From Reclinomonas americana ATCC 50394 (taxonomy: Eukaryota), in the NCBI GenBank assembly GCA_048213135.1, contig PS015083.1, positions 62,001 to 84,579 on the forward strand: a DNA stretch of 22,579 bases, in the 5' to 3' direction. Positions 1 through 14,200 of this stretch are shown here, in pieces. The notes under the pieces were generated by a model that was not told the DNA's origin, ran no database searches, and saw nothing but the letters and a program-made list of their open reading frames with translations. Numbering within the stretch: position 1 is the stretch's first letter; every line of letters starts with the position of its first letter. A program made the translations under genes and the position numbers.

Positions 1-3000
1 ACGAGATCTCCACGGTAGGGTCTTGCTCTGCAGAGATGATTCTGTGTGAGTTACTGCTCACCGGAGTCAATTCTACACAGGCTCTCTACAGGCAGATGAT
101 AGGCTTGGGACCTGGGGATGCTCATGAACCTTCTCTGGCCTCACTTGGCGATGGTCAGCTGTTCACAGACGTTGACCGGTTATTCATGTTGAAGTTCCGC
201 TCTCATGAGTTGTTGTTTTGCAGACGAAGTGTTGTCGAGCGAAGACAGCAGCAGCGTAAGCTCTGAGTCGGACATCGAAGAGCATCAGCCGTTGCCTGCT
301 GCACCACATGAGCAAGAGCAGCGTATCGGTTCTTCAAAACAAAAGGTCCATATGGCTTCAACTGTCGAAGGTAAGCGACATGCAGTCTTTTCTGTCAGCG
401 CACGCTCACATTATTATCTTGTGACAGAGACTACGGGCGCCGATAATATCCATCAGTCGGGCTCCAAGCGCACCGCAGCATCGGGAACGAACGCCAAACG
501 CCACCACCGTCGGGAATCTGAGTCAAGCAGCGCAGGTCATAAATCGCGGAGGAATTCAGGCGCTGTTTCGTACCTTGTTGACATGATGACGAACGCCTCG
601 AGAAACTAACTTTATCGCGACTTTATATTTGCAGAGTATAGCATTGTCGCGAAAGTCCACACGCAGACGAGGTCTGGTTGCGACACGACTACGCTGCCTG
701 CGTCACACACATGTACTCATTCCATAACTTTCTCGCGCAGTGGGTGCACACATCGCGGAAGACGGGTACGTATACTGGTCACGGTGTCGACCTCCGGCCT
801 GTTGCTCTGGGTCTCACCGCATTTCCCCCTCTGTTTGTGCAGAATGTCTTCGAACAGCTCTGGTACACAGCAGTCCTCCAACGGGTCGTCACGCAATAGC
901 CGTGATTCGCTTCGATCTGGAATGCTCCGCTCGTCCATCGTCCGCGACAGAGTTGCGTGGCTCTTGTTGGCTCACCTCGTTCCGTGGGTTGTCGACATAC
1001 CCATCATGACCCCGTATATGCAGAATTCGACCGTGACGCAAGCTCATGTTGCTGTTATGATGTTGGCCGTCGGAAGCGTTGCCAGTCTCCTTTTCTTGGT
1101 AGTCCTGACTCGCGGCGAGGCGCGAGAGCTGAAGAGACTCCACGAAGAAGTCTTTGATTCCATTCAACGCGCTCGGTATGCTGTAATATGCCCCATGTGC
1201 ACCCGATTCTGCCGATTGTTGACATGCAATGTGTCCCAGCAATGCGCGCTACCACATGGCCACTGATCTTGTTGAGTTGCTACTTGTACTGGAGCAGCGC
1301 GCGTGTTTCTGTTTTCCGTACTCATCAACTGTTGTCTTGAAGGTTGGAGTGTGGTCAGATCTCCGAATCAACAAAGGCATTGACAATGAGAGCACCCTCG
1401 AACGGCGAACTGGCTTGCGAGATCACGTCAATCAAGTACGCGTCATCCTCACTGCAGCCGGAATCAGAACGTTCGTGAAAGAAGCCAGTGACAAGTTGAA
1501 CGCTGAGTACGCGGTGTGGACTCCATTTGGACTCGTGCGCAAACTCGAGGTGCCAGTTGCCGGCTTGGACTACGCCAGTTTATTGACGGACTGGGCAAAC
1601 GTTTGTCGCCCTCATTAGTTTTCTGTTCCTCAGGCACAAACACTAACGTGCGCACGTGTTTTTGTCTCGTCACAGGAAGTATCCGCACTTGCGGGCCCCG
1701 TTTACATGACTGCTGAGATGTGGGATACCAGATTTTACGCTATCGTGCGGAACTCTCTATTCGGTGCCGCCGACTCCGTCGACAATATCGGAAACGCAGG
1801 TGCGCTGTTGGCACGACAGCCCGGTGTCAAGTACGAGGTCTTCGCATGGATTCTTGCGGCAGCGTTTTGCGGGTGAGCTGCTTAATTGTTGGCTGCGTGC
1901 GAGTGTTGACGATGACTTCACTGAAACTTCTCGAAACAGCGGTGCCGTGGTCCTTATCCTACTCTTTATGCCGCTGACGCTGCATCTGCGCTACATGGCC
2001 ACCAAAGCCGTCGACGCTTTCTTTGTACTGCCGCGCCCTGTCACCGCTGGTGTTGCCTCGAATATCTCCGACTTATACCTGTCATTCATTGAGCAGTCGG
2101 AGACGCACCGGCAGGTTTGTCGAGGTGTGTACGTCTGTGGTTCTGAGAGGATCTGAAGAGTGTTGTGCCACTGTGTAGGGTGTCCATCCGTCGACTGTCA
2201 CGCAGCCACGCTACCTGCCGACGCAGTGCACGCGAGCTGACTGGCAGTTCCTGCAGAACCTGATGCTGCGCGCCACCGCTCTTTGTCTCGTCATGCTTAT
2301 TGCCATCGTGATGTGTGGGTGCGTATTTCATGCATGCTTCCCGAGTCATGCACTGGGAGTATTGTTCGCTCATTACCATCTCCATGGAACAGTTACTCTG
2401 GTTCAGTTGCTGGTCGAGAGGCCGCTCGTGTTGTCGACGGCAACTGGCTGAATAAGGAACGCACGACGATGCTCAGCCGTCTCACGCACATTATCCGTGT
2501 GTTCTCGGTACCGGATCTGCAAATGTTTGGCGACGATGAGCTGATCGATGAATTCCGATCAACTTTGGCGGAGGTGAGAACACTGTCTGATGTGATACTA
2601 CTGAGCCACACAACGCACTAGTGCACTGACTCACACGGGCATTCTACGCAGGCAAAGAGATTGCACATACAGGAGTTGGAGTTTCTACCGACGATGCCGT
2701 GGGGCGAAGGTTTTGTGTCCGCGGCGTTTGTTATCGTCGTCGTAATCTAGTTGTACTCAAGCTGTGTCCAACAGAAAACCGAGAGAAACTTTCACACGTG
2801 CACACGCGGATGCGCTGCTCGCCGGACCAGATCACCGACACCGTTAGTGACGAATATTTCCTCACGTGCTCTTCGTGGGGTGAAATGGTACGACAAGCCA
2901 CTGGGAGTCTAGCACACTGCAGAGAATGCTTCTCACGCGGGCGCAGATCACGCGGATGCTTGCTCGGTTTGACGAATTTCTCGCGGTCATTGAAAGTGGC

Positions 3001-6000
3001 CACCGATGGACGCTGGCGGAACTACACCCGATGCTTGAGTTCCTGATCGTGGCCGACGACTTGATTGACGAGGAACTGTCGGTCGAGATTGAAGAGGTAT
3101 GTTTCTCAAACGTGAAGAAACTGCCTCTGCAAGTCAATGCAACTAATCGTATGTTTTGCACACTCTTTCTAGCTTATGGACGGTGGTGTCAAGGACTTTA
3201 CCGCACTCACTCTGGTGATTAGCGAGTCCATCAGCGGATGCGCGATCTGTTTCATCCTGTTCGGCGCCTACTGGTTTCTCACGCGACAAGTCAGGCTTGT
3301 CGATCAGCAGATCAGTTGCGCACGCACTTGGCGGTAAGTGTAATTCTCTGAAACTCACTCATGTGCCGCTTTGTGTTGCAGAGTTCTTCAAGCGACTTCT
3401 GCTGTTGGTGCCAATGGACACGGTGCAGTCGATTGAACAAGTCAAACTGCAACTGCTGCCCGGTTTGCTCTTTCGTGTCTCTGTTGCACCAATTTTATGT
3501 GTGTACCATGTACGCTGACGTTGAGCATGATTGTAGAATCTGTGCTCAAGTCAATGGAGGTCTCGCAGCGGATGAACGAGAGTGAGCAAATGTTCAAGAA
3601 GCTCATCCAGCGTGCGTGTGATTCTCTTTCGAGAAAGAGAGCAAGAGCAGCACTTTCGCTGACTTTACTTGTCGTGCACGACAATTTCAGGGCATGCTGT
3701 GGTGCTCACGACTGATGCGGGCATCATTGAGTCCGTGAACCACACCTTCTGTCGCCTCCTTGGATACGCCAACGAAGATATCATTGGCTGGTTTGCTTGC
3801 ACCTTCATGTGAAAGCTTCTCTCCGTCGTTGCTCTGACTAGTCGACTGGTCTGTCTCCATGTGTATCTTCTCAGCAACATCAAGGTGAGCAGCCGAACAA
3901 TGTCGCTTGTGATAAACAGATTACGAGATCTCATATGCTGCATACAGGTCGTCTGCTCGCCAAACGTGGCCGCTGTTCACGACAGCTACATTGCTCGTCT
4001 TCAGAGTGGCGCCGCCGTATCCGCAAGCAAGCATTTTGGCCGCCACTTTGTGACCACTGTTGCGTGACGCAGTATGTCGAATGAGCGCTTACCTGTGGCT
4101 GAGATGTCGATTGCGCAGGCCTCACATCGCGATGGTCGACAAATTCCTGTCATGGTCACTGTGTCGGAGGGTGCAGTGGGCTCGAAAAAATTCTACTCAG
4201 CCACACTTCTCGACATGAGCAAGAAGCTGCGCGACAAGGAGGTCCAACGGCTCAAGTTAGAAAAGGTACCACCAGCGTGTGTGTTCGTGTACATTAGTCT
4301 CTAGTCGTTGTTGGTGATTAATCATGGACAATGTGTCCTGTGTGCAGTCAACGAGCCTGGCGCATACGTCGCCCGACGCTATCGTTGTTTGCGACACCAA
4401 AGGAATCATTCTGGAGGCGAACGAAGCCATGCTTGGCTTGTTCGGCTACTCGTCGGCAACGGAGGTTGTGGGAAAGAACTGTCGGATATTGATGGCTGCG
4501 TCATTTGGCGACCGCCACAATGAGTTTAGTGTTCTCCTGTTCCTTCACGTAGTTTCCCGCCGTACTCTCACACCGTCATTGGCTCCAGGTACATCGCCAA
4601 CTATGTCAACCGCAACCCCGGCTCGCATGATATCAGTCACGTTACCGGGATGGAGTTTCGTGCCCACGCTACGCACATTCCATGGACTTCACCCACGTCG
4701 TTTGACAAGAGTGGTTACTTGTGTCTGCACAGCGGTCGCGAAGCGCAGGCGCTGCACAAGAAGGGCACCATGTTCCCGGTCCGACTGCACCTAAGCGACG
4801 TGACGATTATGGGCCAACGATACTTGTGTATGCAGTTGCGGGAGATTGTTGACGAGGCCAAGCAGCGAGCGCGTGTACAGGAGTCGATTGACCAAGTGTC
4901 GAGCATTATGGGGACGTCTCCCGATGCAATCTTCTGGTGTGAACCTGACGGCACCATTTGCGACTGCAACACCGCCGTCTCCGCAATGTTCGGCTACACG
5001 CTCGAGGAGTGCAAAGCACGCGACAGTTAAGTGGCAGAGGATGAGTGGACCAACTACACTTCGTGGCTCTGACACACGCTGCTCGTAGTGGTCAACATGG
5101 ACACTGTGCTGCATCCGACCTCCTTCAGCAGTCTCTACGCGAGCCACCAAGATGACGAGAGCGGCGGCTCAGAAGTAACTATAGCGCGCAAGGACGGTTC
5201 AACGTTGCGTCAGTCATTGCAGAAGAGTTGTACAGACTGAAGGTTGATGAGGATGAGCTGACGCGCGAGGTGCTGGTGCGGTTTGCAGTTTTGCGGCTTT
5301 TGTCACCTTCCGCACTTCCACTCTGTCGTATGAGTCGCGCGTGCTGTGTCGTGTATCGGCCATCAACCAGCAACTGCAGCAAGCTCATAGACAGGAGCAA
5401 CGCAACGAGATCATCGTAAAGGTACGGGCCGTCATCATTTCCTCCACTGCAAGCGACTCTTGCTGAACATATAAAACCTTCTTCGTAGCTGCTTCGCGTC
5501 ATGTTCCCAGACCCCGTGATGCAGCACCTGCTACCGCGCAGTGCCAGTATTGCATATGCCGTGCTCAACCCAGTTGCGTGCGACAAATTACATCGGTGGG
5601 GGGGAGTGCCACTGTCTGATGATACGATACGTTGCGGCACAGGTGGTGGACCCAAGTGCCGGAGAGACGCTGGTCGACTTCCACCCCTCAGTGACTGTCG
5701 TGTTTGTCAAATTCTACGGCTTCAAGCGGCCCAAGTCGGAGAGTGACCCGGAACTGGTCTCCGTGTCCCTGACAGAGAAGGTCATCAACTTGAGTACCAT
5801 TTTCGGCATGCTGGATAGCCTCGTGCGCGGACATCGGATCGAGAGGGTCAAGACCATTGGTGTGTGAGGGAGGAGTGAGGAGAGGGAGCAGAAGCGTATT
5901 TATGGACACACAAGAGAGAGAGAGAAAGAGAGAGAAAAAGAACACGACTTGCTTTGTGGTTTTGTGTGCAGCCCCACGACCTTGCGTTGAAACGAAAGAG

Positions 6001-6983
6001 AAGAGGGAGTATTGACAAGCAGATAGACAGAGGAGAAAAGGAGAGAAGGAAGGAGCGTGGGAGCGAAACGGCTTGTTTGAAGGACAGTGGGTGCTGGCAC
6101 CACGTCCCATTTAGTTAGGAGACAGTGCAGAAAGAGGGGACGCGGATATGCAGACGGAGAGAAAGGGGAGAGAAATGTACGAGAGAGCGAAGGGAAGAGA
6201 GGGACAAGAAGAGATCATTTGGAGGACGATCGTTGCTGACACCACCACGTCACTGCATGTAAAGGAGAAAGAAAAGACAGGGAGCAGGAGATAAGAAGAG
6301 ATCGGGGCTGTTGACACTGTTTTTCCTTCCGCAGGCTCTGCATACATCGCAGTGTCTGGCATGTACTATCAGAGAACGGACCACAGTTCTTCTGTGGTTG
6401 ATTGGTGCTTGGCTGTGCGGCGCATGCTGACAGAATTTGAAGCCAAGGTCGGCAGGAGTGAGGAAAGCACGCCATCTGCCCCTGTCGTGAGCTCATCATC
6501 GCGTCTTTTTCGTTCTCTCAGACGGGACTGGAAGTGTTGTACAGAATCGGTGTCAATACGGGACCGCTCACGTCGGGTGCGTACACTCTGCATCGCTGTG
6601 CTGCGGTGCAGATCGAGTTCTCACGTGCTCCACAGGCATTGTTGCCGGCCTCATGCCCACGTTCGACGTCTACGGCGGTAAGTAGTTTCTCGCTGTCAAT
6701 GTTCCCTCCCATATCGCGCGAGCTGCATCTGATCCAAGATGTGCATGCGCAAAGATGCCGTCAATATGGCATCCAGAATGGAGAGCCTGAGTCCGCTCAA
6801 CCAGATTCAGCTTTCCGAGTCCACGCACGCTCTCGTGCGCAGTCACTACGACGTGGAGACGCGCATGGTTGAAGGTGAGATGATTCGTTTTTTTTGTGTC
6901 GCGCGGCTTGGAAGCTCACAACACGTCGCTACGCAGTCAAGGGCATTGGCATGACTTCAGCGTTCGTCGTGCACGATCGATAG
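1..6983 (+). CDS. Multi-exon transmembrane PAS-domain class III nucleotidyl (adenylyl-type) cyclase-like protein; 5' end lies upstream of window
   Basis: Hydrophobic segments (AHVAVMMLAVGSVASLLFLVVL ~1040-1110; GAVVLILLFMPLTL ~1940-1985; ATALCLVMLIAIVMC ~2270-2318; CAICFILFGAYWFL ~3238-3280). Three PAS domains (~3690-4220, ~4345-4850, ~4900-5200) with 'TSPDAI..D..G.I...N.A...FGY' and 'HRDG/HKKG/RKDG' motifs. Cyclase motifs VTVVFVKFYGF, RVKTIG|SAYIAVSG, YRIGVNTGPLTS|GIVAGLMPTFDVYG|DAVNMASRMES, IQLSEST, E|VKGIG. Stop TAG 6981-6983. Confidence 0.85.
5860..6334 (+). other. Unusually long (475 nt) purine-rich intron inside the cyclase domain
   Basis: Donor GT at 5860 after KTI-g and acceptor CAG at 6332-6334 restore KTIG-SAYIAVSG; interior dominated by GA/GGA/AAG tracts. 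Confidence 0.75.
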
Positions 6984-7179
6984 ACTAGAATCCGAGAGGC
7001 AATCGACCCACGTATTGTACTATATGTCTCTGGGAGGTTAAATGCACCGTCTGCGATCACGTATCGCCACCAAGTGCAGGGACACGCCTCCTTATTGCGC
7101 TCGGCGACCTTGAACACCTCCACATCGCCCTCCAGCGCATCGCTCTGCGCTGCGGCCGACAGACTCGGTTCTTCGCATT

Positions 7180-7706
7180 CTACACCTGCTTGTCAATGTG
7201 CTGTATCCTCGGCATGCGAAGCAGCACGTTCTGTTGAACTCCACGAGAGAGATCAGCACGCAGTTGACCTCTCTCTCTCACACACACAGGCAGGCACAGA
7301 ACTCCTCCTGTGATCATCGATCCCATGATCTCCATGGCGCCACCAATCGCAATCACACTGTGAGCACAACACACACANNNNNNNNNNNNNNNNNNNNNNN
7401 NNNNNNNNNNNNNNNNNNNNNNNNNNNNNNNNNNNNNNNNNNNNNNNNNNNNNNNNNNNNNNNNNNNNNNNNNNNNNNNNNNNNNNNNNNNNNNNNNNNN
7501 NNNNNNNNNNNNNNNNNNNNNNNNNNNNNNNNNNNNNNNNNNNNNNNNNNNNNNNNNNNNNNNNNNNNNNNNNNNNNNNNNNNNNNNNNNNNNNNNNNNN
7601 NNNNNNNNNNNNNNNNNNNNNNNNNNNNNNNNNNNNNNNNNNNNNNNNNNNNNNNNNNNNNNNNNNNNNNNNNNNNNNNNNNNNNNNNNNNNNNNNTACG
7701 TACGAC

Positions 7707-7794
<88 letters not shown>

Positions 7795-8109
7795 GAAGCA
7801 CACCTGTTGTTCCGTGTGAGCTCCACCTGATCCGTTGCGCCTATCAAGTTGTCAACGAATGCACACTCTCTCACTCTCTCTCACACACGCAGACCTTTGG
7901 TCGACAACAGCGTGGCACAGAACTCCAGGTTCTCTCGCGTGTGTCGCCACAACAGCGGAAACTCATCGCACAACAACAAGAACAGCTCACGCGTCTGCTT
8001 CACAAACACACTCTCAGAGTCACACACACAGAGCGAGAGGTGCTCACCATCACGCGATACTCTCTTCCTCCAGCAACGCAGCTGTCTCGGCGGCTGCCAC
8101 TGTGCTCAT
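7180..8109 (-). CDS. Rogdi/Rav2-like (RAVE/Rabconnectin-3 subunit) gene, apparently frameshifted in exon 1 and lacking the C-terminal half; possible pseudogene
   Basis: GT-AG exons 8109-8048, 7997-7895, 7840-7804, 7357-7303, 7230-7186 give MSTVAAAETAALLEE/EYRVM|QTRELFLLLCDEFPLLWRHTRENLEFCATLLSTK|GATDQVELTRNN|SVIAIGGAMEIMGSMITGG|NVLLRMPRIQHIDKQ. This resembles, from memory, the ROGDI N-terminal half (AVLEEEFRWLLHDE...[23 protein letters not shown]). 3' end uncertain: TAG at 7180-7182 or one more short exon to ~6985. Confidence 0.55.
7378..7696. other. Assembly gap (N run), within an intron of the Rogdi-like gene
   Basis: N characters flanked by CA repeats; exon phases on both sides are compatible. 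Confidence 0.95.
7708..7792. repeat. (CA)n microsatellite
   Basis: Perfect AC dinucleotide run of ~85 nt. Confidence 0.98.
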
Positions 8110-8166
8110 TCTTGAATGTCCTCGTCCTCTCACTCGCCTTTCAGGCCCTTTCACAACACAACCACA

Positions 8167-11006
<2,840 letters not shown>

Positions 11007-11223
11007 GAGGGCAGTCATAAAGGGGGAACGAGATTGTGGAGTGACAAGTTTTGGCTCATTCGACGGAGTGTGTTGTTCATTACAAAGACCTCGCATAGAG
11101 AGTGAGCAAAGTGGCACCCCTTGTCTCTGAGGCATCCTCACCATCAACACCACCACCAGCAGCTCTCCTCCCACTGTGCGTGATTGGATTCTAGCTCTTC
11201 CTTCGCTTCGTTGTTGCTTTGGA

Positions 11224-14200
11224 ATGGAGGCAAGCCGACGTGTGAGCAGTCGACATGAGCGACCTTCTGCGGAGCTGTGGCGAGAGGTGTGTATGTGACT
11301 GCGTGGAGTGCTGTCTGTTGTGGCGGGAGATGATGGGATGATTGATCTCTCACACACTCCTATCTTCGCCCAGTACGTCGACGCGCGCAGAGTGGTGAGC
11401 GGCGGGTGCCAGAACGTTGTTGGAGAAGTCTCTTTGTCTCTCGCACACTCAATCTCCCCTACTCTTGTTCTCCACGTGAGCAGCGCGATGACATCAAGTT
11501 GGTGACAGAGGCCTGCCGCACACTCCAAGTGCTCACGGACAGCATGTCTGGTACGCCGTGATCTCTGTCTCTCTCTCTCCTCCACTTCCGCCCACAAGTT
11601 GGTCACCTCTACGTGTGCACACAGTGAGACCTCGCGATCGTTTTCTCGACGAGAGCGACATGCGATCGCCACTGGTGTGCATGAAGGGATCGGTGCCGTA
11701 CTCGGTCGGCGGTGTGGTGAAGCAGTGCCCGTTGGCCATTTGGATCCCACGCTCGTATCCCGAATCGTGCCCGCTGTTTGTTGTGCGCCCGTCGTCACGC
11801 TCGACCGAGCCCATGTTCCTCAACGCCAACAATCGGTGGATCAGTGCTGACGGTCTGCTGCCATTGTTTGTTTCGCCTCTGCGTCTGTGTAAGCTGACTG
11901 TGTGAGCAGGTGTGGTACAGCACGAGTACCTGTCGGTGAGAGTGGTGTTGTTGTCAGATGATGCAGGGTCGTGTCTCACAGGTTCGCACAGACGTGGGAG
12001 TCGAATCACGGCCTGCTTCCGATGGTGGCCATCTTGCGTGATTTGTTCTCCACCGTGCCGCCACTGGTGCCAATCGCATCAGAAACTCTGCCCGTGGCCA
12101 CCGCCACAGTGCCGTCTGCGTCAGTCGCTGCCGCCACCGCTGCTGTGCCAGTGGAAACGGTCGTCGATGTTGTACCTCAACGTGTAGTGACTTCCGGGCG
12201 CACCCGCATCGCGACGACAGCGGCCGCAACAGCAGTGCAAGCAGCAGCGGTGCCGCCTGCGTCGACCGCGGACGTTGTGGATATTACACGCACACGAAGT
12301 GCGCGGGTGGGTGCTGGTCGTTCTGCGGTTGAGCCCTCGGCGCCACCACCACCACCACCGCTTCAACCGTCACGAATGCCATCTGCTCCCCCTCCCCCCC
12401 TCCCTCCTCATCCACCGCCGCCGCCGTCGGCTCCGATCCTTGCGTCGGCACCGACCGGTCCGCCAGCACCTCGTCCTCACATCGATCCCCCAGACGAGGT
12501 GCCGTTTTCAGTTTTGGGTTCGCCACCGACCGCTGCCACGTATAATCGTCACCCGCCGGCGCCAACAGCGCCGACTACGGTGACAGTAGCACCAACTGCG
12601 CCGTTGCCTGGAGTCGTACGGAGACCCTCGCCGTCGGCGGCTGGGACTACGACGACGACAACGCCAGCACCTGTTGGAGTTGCGCGGAGACCCTCGCCTC
12701 CTGCTGCTGTGTTTACGACGACGACGACGACGACCGCAACACCAATGGTGCCTGTTGGAGCTGTCCGGAGACCCTCGCCGCCGGCACCTGTGACTACGAC
12801 AACGACAACGCCAGCACCGACGGCATCTGTTGGAGTTGCGCGGAGGCCCTCGCCTCCTGCTGCTGTGTTTACGACGACGACGACCGCAACACCAATGGTG
12901 CCTCTTGGAGCTGTCCGGAGACCTTCGCCACCTGCTTCTCTGACTGCGACAACCACGGCGTCGACGGCACCTGTGGGAGTTGCGCGGAGACCCTCGCCAC
13001 CTGCTACTGTGACTACGACGGCGATTGCGACGGCACCAACGCCTCTTAACGGCGCGCGGAGACCCTCGCCGCCGGCATCAGTTACAACGACGACAACAAC
13101 AACAACACCCACGGCAACAGCTGCTGTTGCTGTTGCCGCACGCCGGCCTTCTCCACCTGCAGCATTTGGCGCAATTGCGCGAGCTGGTCCGCCTGCAGCC
13201 AGCGCGGTCACTTTGCCATCGCCACCACCACCGCCGGTGACTGCCGAAGCGCCTTCTCAGTCGTTGCTGTCGCTGCTTTCCAGTGGCGATCGCACCACCC
13301 CGGCCGCCATCCATCTTCCAATGACATTGTGGCAGGTAGAGCAACACAGAACGAGCCTCTTGTTTCCTTTGGTGTACGTGTGTCACAGCCAATATCTCGC
13401 TGCAGGCTCCTGCCGACGACGACGACGATGACGATGATGATGATGATGACGAGGATGATGACGAAGCCGATGAAGAGCATGACCAAGTTGCCCCGAAACC
13501 CCTCGGCGGTTCTCCGCCTGGAAAGGACACTGGAAGGAGACCACGGCCCCTTCCTTCTGCATCTTCCTCATCGTCGTCATCTTCAGCCTCCGCCCCGCCA
13601 CACGCACCACCCGATGAAGTGGTGAGCACTCCTCGCGTGTACGGCAGCGCGGAGGAAACCGAGCTGGCCGAGCCACTTGATCCCGCGCTAGTTGGCAAGG
13701 ACACTTGTCAACTGGTGTCCGAGTTGCGTGCGCTGCAGCCGCTGGAAGAGACAGCAAACCGCAGGTTACATGATCTGCAGTACTTGAGCAAGACTATGTA
13801 CCGGCGGTGAGCGGCGTTTCGTTGCCCATGATACACGCAAGCTTCTTCGGCCCCTGATCGATTCTCGCAGGTCTGCCGATCGAGCCGACCGCGACCGCAG
13901 CCTCGCGCAAGTGCGCGGCGAAATAGACGAGCTGAAGGAACGCAAGAAGCAGATCCTGCGCGTGCTAGTGCAACGAGCCAAGTCCGGCGGTCTGCAAGTG
14001 CTGGAGGACAAGGACATTTACCTGGCTCTGTTGGAAGAAGTGGATCTCATGTCGCACGATGTGTGGCTCACGCACCACGTGTACCAGAATGGCGACTATC
14101 GGTTCGCGACTTCATCCTTTTGTTGCTCTACTACCCGCAGCAGGCACACTGACAAATTGCGCGCGCGTACGTGCAGCTCACGGATGGACATGTTGTGTGA

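Noticed and set aside
7180-7874. Long ORFs of VCVC/HTHT crossing the first gap
   Set aside because: Artefacts of the CA microsatellite and N run.
12605-13165. Repeat-spacer pattern resembling a CRISPR-like array
   Set aside because: Units are multiples of 3 within an open exon, spacers are related poly-Thr codons, no cas genes are present and the context is eukaryotic.
12549-13704. Long antisense ORFs (220 and 208 aa)
   Set aside because: Shadow frames of the GC-rich low-complexity coding repeat; no independent motifs.
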